The notes below the pieces were generated by a model that saw nothing but the letters and a program-made list of their open reading frames with translations, was not told the origin of the DNA and did not search any database. DNA of 64,000 nucleotides from an uncultured Lachnospiraceae bacterium (GTDB lineage Bacteria > Bacillota > Clostridia > Lachnospirales > Lachnospiraceae), in the NCBI GenBank assembly GCA_947632555.1, contig CANRPU010000013.1:21082-85081 (forward strand), in the 5' to 3' direction. This document shows positions 42,984 to 51,268 of the stretch, piece after piece. Position numbers and translations under genes: made by a program. Every line of letters begins with the position of its first letter. The first letter of the stretch is position 1.

Positions 42984-44882
42984 CGCAAGCAGGGAAAGAT
43001 TCTCCTGCGCCAGAGCGATAGTGGGAGCCTGATAAACCTCCTGATCTGCGGGAAATCCCATATATTCCCAGCACATCCGATGCCTTTCTACGTAATACGT
43101 ATCATCCGGATTCCAATAATCGTTTGAGCCGCCGGACAAAAAGGCGTCTTTCTCCCCGTTTCTCTCATAGACCAGACGGGAGGAAATGTTCTCCGCGCTG
43201 AGGAAATAATCTTCCACATCCCCGCTCTCTGCCAGCGCCATGGCCGCTGCCGCGTCCAGTCCGGCTTCATGCATGGTCTGGTCATAGTAGCCGGCTGTAG
43301 TATTGCCTATGGAAATCCTCGCGTAATAGTCATAAGTATTTTCTTCGTCCGCCTTCAGTCCCAGCAGCGTAAGGCTGCTCTGCACATCGTCCGCTTCCTT
43401 CTGTGCCTGGCATCGGCAGCTGAAGTACCCGAAGCTCACCGCTCCCGTCATGAGGGTCAGCAGGAACAGCAGCCCTGCGTGCCAGCCTCCCATAAGGGAG
43501 GCTCCCAGGCCGCGCCCCCGCGATCTTCTCTTTATCCGCGCCTTTCCCCGCCCGATCATGTCCAGCGGCCTGTCGTTGATATGCCCCGCGAAATAAAAAG
43601 ACATTACCGCCGCCACCGTAAGCGCCGTCACCATCCACGGCAGCCGGGCCGGGCTGTACGTCACCATTTTGATGTACCTGCCCCAGAAACTGTCCAGGAA
43701 AAAGGCGTAGAATACCTTCTGCCCGAACAACACTTCCTGCAGCTTCAGACTGAGCGTGTAGATGCCGGCTCCAAAGAGATACCCGGCCGCCACGCCGCTT
43801 ACGAGGAACAGGAATGCCTCCAGGATGAGCATGGCAGCCACCTGCCCCATACTCATCCCCACGGCCCGCAGCGTTCCCAGCTGCACGCTCCTTTTTTGCA
43901 GCATCAGGTGCAGGACGGAATATACGGAGCAGACGGTGAGCAGGATCAAAAGTACCGTGAAACAGGGAATCAGAAAAGCGTTGTAAAAATTCAGCGTGCG
44001 GTATTTTTCGTCCGTGGTCACCGATTCATACCATTTGGAAGACAGCTTTCCGCCGCTTGGCCCGTTGTCCCTGGTCACAAGAAGCTGACCCGTGGCAAAT
44101 CGTCCATCCACGCCCCCAAAGTAAATTTCCTCGCCAAAATTTTTCTGGAGATCCGTGAGTATATCATAATAATCATAGTCCCCATTCAAATCTATATCGG
44201 CCAGAAAAATATAAGGACTTTCCGCTGTCCCCGCAAGCTGCTCCCCCTCGTTTTTTGAGAGGTAAAACAAAGGCGGAAGCACCACATCGTCCAGTTTCCA
44301 CCAGTTAGCGGTGCAGCTTCGCTGCACATACGTTCTGTAACCGTTTGTGTCCTGTATTTTCAGAATGCCGGTGAGCAGATATTCCCTCTCTTCCACAAAA
44401 CTGCCGCTTTCATCATACAGACAGAGGCTTATCTTCTCTCCGGTCCTGGCCGCGTATCCCCAGCTCTGGAGCGCCCTCTTATCCGCGCAGAGCTCTCCCT
44501 CCCTTTCCGGGTATCTTCCCTCCAGCAGAGGCAGATGAAACATATCTATGGCCAGTTCATTTTCAAAATATCCCACTCCCGCCGAAAGATCCTTTTTCCC
44601 TGCGGGGGATACGCTTCCTGTACGGTACACTTTTGAGGATTCCGTAAAGCGTGTATCCGCTTCCAGATAGGCCGCCATTTCTTTATCCGGATAATATACT
44701 CCTACATCACAGTTCCCGCTGTCATCCAGCATCGCTTCCAGCTCCGCCAGGATACTGCTGCGGCCGTAAAGGCAGGCGCAGAAAAGCCCGGCCGTAGCCA
44801 GTACGACCACGGTATAGAGCTGCAGCAGCAGGAGCTTATTGCCCAGCCAGTATTTTCTGCTGATGAAAAGAAGCGTCTTCAT
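41982..44882 (-). CDS. MacB/FtsX-type ABC permease, copy A (966 aa)
   Basis: TM, large extracytoplasmic domain, FtsX TM block (QLGTLRAVGMS), second extracytoplasmic domain, then a second FtsX block (AIVRAAGGS). Confidence 0.85.
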   Translation of the reverse strand: MKTLLFISRKYWLGNKLLLLQLYTVVVLATAGLFCACLYGRSSILAELEAMLDDSGNCDVGVYYPDKEMAAYLEADTRFTESSKVYRTGSVSPAGKKDLSAGVGYFENELAIDMFHLPLLEGRYPEREGELCADKRALQSWGYAARTGEKISLCLYDESGSFVEEREYLLTGILKIQDTNGYRTYVQRSCTANWWKLDDVVLPPLFYLSKNEGEQLAGTAESPYIFLADIDLNGDYDYYDILTDLQKNFGEEIYFGGVDGRFATGQLLVTRDNGPSGGKLSSKWYESVTTDEKYRTLNFYNAFLIPCFTVLLILLTVCSVYSVLHLMLQKRSVQLGTLRAVGMSMGQVAAMLILEAFLFLVSGVAAGYLFGAGIYTLSLKLQEVLFGQKVFYAFFLDSFWGRYIKMVTYSPARLPWMVTALTVAAVMSFYFAGHINDRPLDMIGRGKARIKRRSRGRGLGASLMGGWHAGLLFLLTLMTGAVSFGYFSCRCQAQKEADDVQSSLTLLGLKADEENTYDYYARISIGNTTAGYYDQTMHEAGLDAAAAMALAESGDVEDYFLSAENISSRLVYERNGEKDAFLSGGSNDYWNPDDTYYVERHRMCWEYMGFPADQEVYQAPTIALAQENLSLLAPYVVRGEIHPDKLASGEEVILLAKEEAVCDYFTVGEMLPLADVVYDKEIDEDTDFQAGIVPEGALPAFYQGTEPIYEFGSRKDFPSRVGAIAVPDEAGQKIFYSSLPVPDSGVRIASTLSALEAFGLPDHNYTNFYVNLKKDGDRAAFEGKWYSLLAASDLMNGYCLGDIKRDMGAVSRSSMMIFYSLFILLLLIGSVSICNLITVMLYNGRKKTAIVRAAGGSAGRIRGMILKRLLCYPLLAGGIGALLLYGYTGIAWYAQYLIEETHLLNANGQYPPEWYWHFPIQYFWRYPLHRFLIGVTALIAAALLLFAVKRLTALLRRDIPEELGTE
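43510..43985. repeat. Direct repeat block 2, copy A (partner 47037-47512)
   Basis: Identical by line-by-line reading at offset 3527. It covers the central FtsX TM block. Confidence 0.9.
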
Positions 44883-44944
44883 AAAAATCTCCCCCTGAAT
44901 GAGAAGTGCGCAGCAACATTCCCTTTCCTTTACTCCAATTATAA

Positions 44945-45349
44945 CTAGTAAACCGCATGTAGCGTTCCGGAAACGGTCATATCCAGATAAGTGGTGACAT
45001 ACACATAATAGGTTTTGCCTGCAGGCAGATCAAATTCAGCGGCCGGCACTTTCATATTACCTGGAAAAGACTGTACCGCAACTGCCGTACCGGTATCTGT
45101 CCAAGGATTTCTTATCGCAGTAGGATAAATCGCCACACGTGCCACACCGTTTCCCTGTTCGGGTTGCGTATCTACCGATACATGATATGTAGACTGCGCA
45201 GAAGCATTATAGTAACTTCCTTCGCTGAAAGTGGTTGCCGTAACGCTGTAGGGTATATCCGAAAAAGCAGTTGCCAACACCGTCATGGAAAACAGTGTCA
45301 TCACACTTACGGCGCAAATTAACATGGATATTCTTCGGAACATTTTCAT
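44945..45349 (-). CDS. Small Sec-secreted beta-rich protein (134 aa)
   Basis: Signal peptide MKMFRRISMLICAVSVMTLFSMTVLA followed by a Tyr/Thr/Val-rich mature part. The DNA is AT-richer than its flanks, and an RBS GGGGGA precedes it. Confidence 0.75.
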   Translation of the reverse strand: MKMFRRISMLICAVSVMTLFSMTVLATAFSDIPYSVTATTFSEGSYYNASAQSTYHVSVDTQPEQGNGVARVAIYPTAIRNPWTDTGTAVAVQSFPGNMKVPAAEFDLPAGKTYYVYVTTYLDMTVSGTLHAVY

Positions 45350-45439
45350 TTGATTTTCCCCCTATTCTTAAGATAGATTACGATTCCGTTTGACTGCCGG
45401 ATAAACGGCTGTGGAATCAGAAATATTGGTTACGACTTC

Positions 45440-45504
45440 AATGTATCATCTGCAGGTTTGCCTGTCAATTAATGTTAGGAATTTGTAAGGTTTTTTTAAG
45501 ATTT
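45440..45504 (-). promoter_or_regulatory. Promoter P1 with an upstream direct-repeat activator-like box
   Basis: Minus strand: AAATCTTAAAAAAACCTTACAAAT-N12-TTGACA-N17-TACATT. Confidence 0.7.
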
Positions 45505-45514
45505 TCGGAGCGTA

Positions 45515-46516
45515 TCACTCCGTTCCCAACTCTTCCGGGATATCTCTACGTAAAAGCGCCGTCAGGCGTTTTACCGCGAAAAGCAGCAGCGCCGCCGCTA
45601 TCAGCGCGGTGACCCCGATCAGGAACCGGTGCAAAGGATAACGCCAGAAATACTGTATGGGGAAATGCCAGTACCATTCGGGAGGATACTGTCCGTTCGC
45701 ATTCAGCAAATGGGTTTCCTCTATCAAATACTGGGCATACCAGGCGATCCCCGTATAACCGTAGAGCAAAAGGGCGCCGATCCCGCCGGCAAGCAGCGGA
45801 TAACACAGCAGCCGTTTCAGGATCATACCCCGTATCCGGCCGGCCGAACCTCCTGCCGCCCTTACAATGGCTGTTTTTTTCCGTCCGTTATAGAGCATGA
45901 CCGTTATCAGGTTGCAGATGCTGACGCTCCCGATGAGGAGCAGCAGTATAAACAGACTGTAAAATATCATCATGGAAGAACGGGAAACCGCACCCATATC
46001 CCGCTTTATATCCCCCAGGCAGTATCCGTTCATCAGATCGGAAGCGGCCAGCAGAGAATACCATTTGCCCTCAAATGCTGCCCTGTCCCCATCCTTTTTC
46101 AGATTGACGTAAAAATTGGTGTAATTGTGGTCCGGCAGACCGAAAGCTTCCAGCGCGCTGAGCGTACTCGCGATCCGCACGCCGCTGTCCGGTACAGGCA
46201 GAGAGGAATAAAATATCTTCTGCCCTGCTTCGTCCGGCACCGCGATGGCGCCCACGCGGGACGGAAAGTCCTTTCGGCTCCCGAATTCATATATCGGCTC
46301 CGTTCCCTGATAAAAGGCGGGCAGCGCTCCTTCCGGCACTATCCCTGCCTGAAAGTCGGTATCTTCATCAATCTCCTTGTCGTATACCACATCAGCCAGA
46401 GGCAGCATCTCCCCCACAGTGAAGTAATCGCATACCGCCTCCTCCTTCGCCAGCAGGATCACTTCCTCACCGGATGCCAGTTTATCCGGATGGATCTCCC
46501 CCCGGACCACATAGGG
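45515..46516. repeat. Direct repeat block 1, copy B
   Basis: Partner of 41982-42983. Confidence 0.9.
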
Positions 46517-48418
46517 TGCGAGCAGGGAAAGATTCTCCTGCGCCAAAGCGATGGTGGGAACCTGGTAAATACCGGCCGGATCCGAAAATCCCCTGTATTG
46601 CCAGGTCAAACGCATCCGCTCCGCCCTGTAATCGTCTACAGGTATACCTTCCGTTTTCGTATAATCCACAGAACCGCCTGCCAGGAAAGCATCTTTTTTG
46701 CCGCCGGGCTCATAGACCAGCTTGGAAGACGCGTTGACAGCGCACAAAAGATATGTTTCCACTGCCCCGTCATCCGCAAGCGTCTGGGCCCGCGCGGCAT
46801 CCAATCCATTTTCATGCAGCATCTGCTCGTATCCGAACAGGGTTTCCTGTACTCCCATTGACGCCACATATTCATACGTATCCACCTTGACCTGCTTCAA
46901 AAGATCATTCCAGGAATCTGCCTCTTTTGCCGCCTGGCACCGGCAGCTGAAGTACCCGAAACTCACCGCTCCCGTCATGAGGGTCAGCAGGAACAGCAGC
47001 CCCGCGTGCCAGCCTCCCATAAGGGAAGATCCCAGACCGCGCCCCCGCGATCTTCTCTTTATCCGCGCCTTTCCCCGCCCGATCATGTCCAGCGGCCTGT
47101 CGTTGATATGCCCCGCGAAATAAAAAGACATTACCGCCGCCACCGTAAGCGCCGTCACCATCCACGGCAGCCGGGCCGGGCTGTACGTCACCATTTTGAT
47201 GTACCTGCCCCAGAAACTGTCCAGGAAAAAGGCGTAGAATACCTTCTGCCCGAACAACACTTCCTGCAGCTTCAGACTGAGCGTGTAGATGCCGGCTCCA
47301 AAGAGATACCCGGCCGCCACGCCGCTTACGAGGAACAGGAATGCCTCCAGGATGAGCATGGCAGCCACCTGCCCCATACTCATCCCCACGGCCCGCAGCG
47401 TTCCCAGCTGCACGCTCCTTTTTTGCAGCATCAGGTGCAGGACGGAATATACGGAGCAGACGGTGAGCAGGATCAAAAGTACCGTGAAACAGGGAATCAG
47501 AAAAGCGTTGTAGAAGTTTCCCCGCAGGTATTCCCCGCTGGCAATCAGTTTTTCATACAAATTAAACCCGGGAGAAAAAGACCCGCTCGTGACCGCGGCA
47601 CCCCTGGTCAGGAGCTTAAACGCCGCTCCGCTGCGATGTCCGCCGATATGCGCATTCAGATATACCCCTTTAAATTTATCCAGCAACTCCATCTTAATGT
47701 CGGTTTCGTCATTCTCATCCGCGTAGTCGATATTTCCGAGAAAAATAAAATCCGCGCCGGATACGCCGGCAGATTTTTCTCCCTCCTCCCTTGAAAGATA
47801 ACACATCGGAGGAATATAGCTCTCCGCTTCAAACTGTCCATCCCGGTAGTGTGTCCTTCTTGTCCAGTCCCCGGTTATCCCATTGGCGGTCACCTCCAGA
47901 ACGCCGGTGAGCAGATATTCCCTCTCCTCCACAAAACTGCCGCTTTCATCATACAGACAGAGGCTTATAGTCTGTCCCGCCCTGGCCGCGTATCCCCAGC
48001 TCTGGAGCGTCCTCTTATCCGCGCAGAGCTCCCCCTCTCTTTTCGGGTATCTTCCCTCCAGCAGAGGCAGATGAAACATATCTATGGCCAGTTCGTTCTC
48101 AAAATATCCCAGTCCCGCCGAAAGATCCTTTTTCCCTGTGGGAGATACGCTTCCCGTACGGTACACTTTTGAGGATTCTGTAAATCGCGTATCCGCTTCC
48201 AGATACGCCGCGATTTCCGCATTGGGATAGGCCACGGATATGTCATAGTTCCCGCTGTCATCCAGTATCGTTTCCAGCTCCGCCAGAGTGCTGCTGCGGC
48301 CGTAAAGGCAGGCGCAGAAAAGCCCGGCCGTGGCCAGTACGATCACGGCGTAGAGCTGCAGCAGCAAGGGCTTATTGCCCAGCCAGTATTTTCTGCTGAT
48401 GAAAAGAAGCGTCTTCAT
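45515..48418 (-). CDS. MacB/FtsX-type ABC permease, copy B (967 aa)
   Basis: Same architecture as copy A. Start set at MKTLLFISRK. Confidence 0.85.
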   Translation of the reverse strand: MKTLLFISRKYWLGNKPLLLQLYAVIVLATAGLFCACLYGRSSTLAELETILDDSGNYDISVAYPNAEIAAYLEADTRFTESSKVYRTGSVSPTGKKDLSAGLGYFENELAIDMFHLPLLEGRYPKREGELCADKRTLQSWGYAARAGQTISLCLYDESGSFVEEREYLLTGVLEVTANGITGDWTRRTHYRDGQFEAESYIPPMCYLSREEGEKSAGVSGADFIFLGNIDYADENDETDIKMELLDKFKGVYLNAHIGGHRSGAAFKLLTRGAAVTSGSFSPGFNLYEKLIASGEYLRGNFYNAFLIPCFTVLLILLTVCSVYSVLHLMLQKRSVQLGTLRAVGMSMGQVAAMLILEAFLFLVSGVAAGYLFGAGIYTLSLKLQEVLFGQKVFYAFFLDSFWGRYIKMVTYSPARLPWMVTALTVAAVMSFYFAGHINDRPLDMIGRGKARIKRRSRGRGLGSSLMGGWHAGLLFLLTLMTGAVSFGYFSCRCQAAKEADSWNDLLKQVKVDTYEYVASMGVQETLFGYEQMLHENGLDAARAQTLADDGAVETYLLCAVNASSKLVYEPGGKKDAFLAGGSVDYTKTEGIPVDDYRAERMRLTWQYRGFSDPAGIYQVPTIALAQENLSLLAPYVVRGEIHPDKLASGEEVILLAKEEAVCDYFTVGEMLPLADVVYDKEIDEDTDFQAGIVPEGALPAFYQGTEPIYEFGSRKDFPSRVGAIAVPDEAGQKIFYSSLPVPDSGVRIASTLSALEAFGLPDHNYTNFYVNLKKDGDRAAFEGKWYSLLAASDLMNGYCLGDIKRDMGAVSRSSMMIFYSLFILLLLIGSVSICNLITVMLYNGRKKTAIVRAAGGSAGRIRGMILKRLLCYPLLAGGIGALLLYGYTGIAWYAQYLIEETHLLNANGQYPPEWYWHFPIQYFWRYPLHRFLIGVTALIAAALLLFAVKRLTALLRRDIPEELGTE
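47037..47512. repeat. Direct repeat block 2, copy B
   Basis: Partner of 43510-43985. Confidence 0.9.
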
Positions 48419-48445
48419 AAAAATCCCCCCTGCTCGGCTTCCGGA

Positions 48446-48482
48446 CAAAAAGGCTGTAACTCGAAATATCGGTTACAGCCTT
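48446..48482 (-). terminator. Terminator-like hairpin overlapping the start of promoter P2
   Basis: AAGGCTGTAAC/GTTACAGCCTT stem followed by a T-run on the minus strand. Confidence 0.6.
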
Positions 48483-48548
48483 AATGTATCATCGGCAGAT
48501 TTTTCCTGTCAATTCCCGCTATGGATTTGTAAGGTTTTTTTAAGATTT
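48483..48548 (-). promoter_or_regulatory. Promoter P2, homologous to P1
   Basis: The same 24-bp box (48525-48548), then N12-TTGACA-N18-TACATT. Confidence 0.7.
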
Positions 48549-48604
48549 GGCGTATTGTTGAATTATGTTGTAAAACCAGACGTGTTTCGATATCATGAAA
48601 ATGC

Positions 48605-50899
48605 TTATCGTTCATTCAGGTACAGCTGCACCCGGTTCTGCAGTATCTTGGCGGCCTGTTCCGCGCTTTGCCCGCCCTGGAAAAATCCGCTCAGTTCTTC
48701 CGCGAAGACGTCCGCCAGATCTCCCGGCAGAGCAGGGTAAGGAACACTTTCTTCATAGAGGGAGAGCAGCGTTTCCTTTACCGCTTCCCGGTCCACCTTT
48801 ATCGTCAGTTCTTCCCCGTCCACCTGATATTTCACCTCGCTCTCCACATCAGCGAGCCGGCTTTCAAACACATCCTTTCTGACGCTGAACACATCGGCGC
48901 CGTCCGCCATTTTCTCCTGCGCCTCCCTGCTAAGGAGAAATTCCAGAAAAAGGAAAGCTCCCTGCTTTTGTTCCTCGGAGGCAGAGGCCCGTATGGTCAG
49001 TATCTGATTGGGCAGAATATAATGGTGCGGGCCATCCTTGCCCGGAAAGCCGATATAATTGATATTTTCTCCCAGCATGGCGTCATAATACGCAATGGAT
49101 TCCTCTGCCAGAAGATAAACCGCCTCTCCCAGGCAGCGTCCCTCGCGCATCATGGCGATGGCCTCCGAGCGGGTGGCCGGTACGTTTCTTTCCGAAGCAT
49201 ACTTTCGCGCCAGTTCCAGCACCTGAAGAAACTCAGGACTGTCAAGATCCGCTCTGCCCTCTTCCCAATCCGCGAAAATGCTGTTTTTCAGATCCTGTAC
49301 AAAAAATTCCTCTACAAACTCTACCGGATCCTGTTCCCGGTGGATCAGCGCCAGTTCAGGATGCGCCGCCACATAATCCAGAAACTCTTTCTGATCCCAG
49401 CCGTCCATTCCGCAGGATGCGCTGGCAAAAGTATACATATGCCAGCCGATGACAATACCGTACTGTTCTTCCTCGATCTGTCCCGCGGCCATAACTTTAT
49501 CCAGCAGCGCATCGGAAAGTCCCGCCTGGGAAAGCCTGTCATCCAGATCCTCCCACAGCGTCTGATGTTCCTCAAAGGAAAGCGCCGCCGTATCCAGGAG
49601 CACAGGTCCGCTTCCCGCGTTCAGCTCTGTCAGGAGCGCGGTTTCGTCCGGATATTCCGTCATGGTCAGTATATATTGCGGATATGTTTTGTTAAATTCA
49701 GCCACGGCATTCTGATACATATTCTGATTCCACTCGGGAACCACAAAGGGAATTTCTATGATCTCTTCCGCCGCATCTCCGCAGGGCTTTAGGTACAGAT
49801 AAAAATCTTTCTGGCTGTCGGAACAGATACAGGCGATCCCGCCCTCCGGCAGCGCCATCAGCTCTTGAATCCCTTCTATACTGAACCCATGACTGGACCA
49901 GCGGTAAAGCAGTTCCGCGTTCTCAAACTCTAAAGTGCTGCGGTAAATTCCCTGTTTATCCGCGTAAAGAAGCGTTTCTCCCTCGTCAAACAACCCCAGA
50001 AACAGCAGGTCGTTCTTTGCATCCGCTTTGGCTATCAGCCTTTCTCCACCGTTTGTAAGATCAGGGCAAAGCAGGGAAGATTCACCTGCTTTGCCGCCTT
50101 CCCCGGACTTTGTCAGGGTATACAGTCCCAGAGAACCGTCCGGCAGAACGATCCAGTTTACCTGCCGGTAATCCTCCACAGCATACTGCTTTTCCCAAAG
50201 AGTTTCTCCGTCCGCGTTCACTACCTTGTATACAGGGGGTAAGTTTTCGTCTTCCGGTTCAAAACGGAAGGCTATGTTTCCAAAGCGATCTCTCTGCAGG
50301 TCAAAATATCCCGTCCCCGGCTGCTCCAGGCTGCCCGTAAGCCGCATTTCCTCATCCAGAAGCAGGATCTGAACTTTCTTTTCCTCGTCCGCGCTCTTAA
50401 AACCGTAAGCCGACAGACAGTATCCTCTTCCCGGCGCTCCGCCTCCCATAACGAGCCCCATACCGGGCGCTCCGTAATCGTGGGCATCCAGTTCCTGAAC
50501 ATCATAGCTGCCGTCCGGCCCCGCCAGATAAACCCAGGTCTTGCGCTTATCCGCATCATCGGAGAACCATTTGTCAAAATATCCTCCCACGCCGCCGGCA
50601 AGGAAAAAATTCCCGGATCTGCCGGTAAGTCCTTCCGGTTCCTGCAGTGTTATCTCCGTCTTCACCGCCGCGTAATAAACATCTGCGTTATTGTCTTTCC
50701 ATACGGATACGGTTTCATCGTCTTTTTCTCCGGGTCCTCTTTCCGCGGCCGTTTCCGGCGCGGACGTATCGGGAACCGTCGATTCCAAAGCCGCTGACTC
50801 CTTTTGTGCCGGCTCCTGACCGCAGCCGGAGGCAAACAAGCCAAGGCACACGCCTGCTGTGGCGTAAAACAAGAAGTACTTTTTCCGTATCCAGTCCAT
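48605..50899 (-). CDS. Large lipoprotein with a C-terminal solute-binding-protein-like domain
   Basis: Lipobox LFASGC. The C-terminal part has SBP-like motifs (AVAEFNKTYPQY, GAFLFLEFLLSREAQ, AAKILQNRVQLYLNE). Confidence 0.75.
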   Translation of the reverse strand: MDWIRKKYFLFYATAGVCLGLFASGCGQEPAQKESAALESTVPDTSAPETAAERGPGEKDDETVSVWKDNNADVYYAAVKTEITLQEPEGLTGRSGNFFLAGGVGGYFDKWFSDDADKRKTWVYLAGPDGSYDVQELDAHDYGAPGMGLVMGGGAPGRGYCLSAYGFKSADEEKKVQILLLDEEMRLTGSLEQPGTGYFDLQRDRFGNIAFRFEPEDENLPPVYKVVNADGETLWEKQYAVEDYRQVNWIVLPDGSLGLYTLTKSGEGGKAGESSLLCPDLTNGGERLIAKADAKNDLLFLGLFDEGETLLYADKQGIYRSTLEFENAELLYRWSSHGFSIEGIQELMALPEGGIACICSDSQKDFYLYLKPCGDAAEEIIEIPFVVPEWNQNMYQNAVAEFNKTYPQYILTMTEYPDETALLTELNAGSGPVLLDTAALSFEEHQTLWEDLDDRLSQAGLSDALLDKVMAAGQIEEEQYGIVIGWHMYTFASASCGMDGWDQKEFLDYVAAHPELALIHREQDPVEFVEEFFVQDLKNSIFADWEEGRADLDSPEFLQVLELARKYASERNVPATRSEAIAMMREGRCLGEAVYLLAEESIAYYDAMLGENINYIGFPGKDGPHHYILPNQILTIRASASEEQKQGAFLFLEFLLSREAQEKMADGADVFSVRKDVFESRLADVESEVKYQVDGEELTIKVDREAVKETLLSLYEESVPYPALPGDLADVFAEELSGFFQGGQSAEQAAKILQNRVQLYLNER

Positions 50900-50989
50900 A
50901 TCATATCCCCCTCGTATAATATCTTTTAGATACAGTAAATGTACCTTGATAACTTAATAAATCTTTGTTCAATAGGCTTAGTAAAGCCC

Positions 50990-51260
50990 ATGATATAATT
51001 GTCCTTAGTGTCAATCAGGTAATAGTTCTTTTTCCCCCTGTTGAACCAGTAATGGCTGCTTCAGAGATAGTCTGTTCCCCTGACACGGAAGTTAGCTTCA
51101 AACCGGCTGGCTGTTTGCTTAAGTGCATGGACGACCATCTTGCAGTGTGGTTCCGCATCTGTCCATCTTAAGCCGGATTCTTATATGCGAGGGTGTCGAT
51201 GCTCCGTGATCATGGGTTTTTCCAAGCCGATTGAACACTCATATCCAACATAGAAAGAAG
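50990..51260 (+). ncRNA. Candidate IS110 bridge RNA (5' non-coding end)
   Basis: About 300 nt of non-coding sequence upstream of the transposase, with nested stems (TCAATCAGG/CCTGTTGA, CCGGCT/AGCCGG, ATGGAC/GTCCAT). Inferred from IS110 family biology. Confidence 0.45.
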
Positions 51261-51268
51261 GTGATATC

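Noticed and set aside
41982-48418. Diversity-generating retroelement (template and variable repeat pair)
   Set aside because: There is no reverse transcriptase in the window. The repeats are long and identical, and the differences elsewhere are not confined to adenines and include indels.
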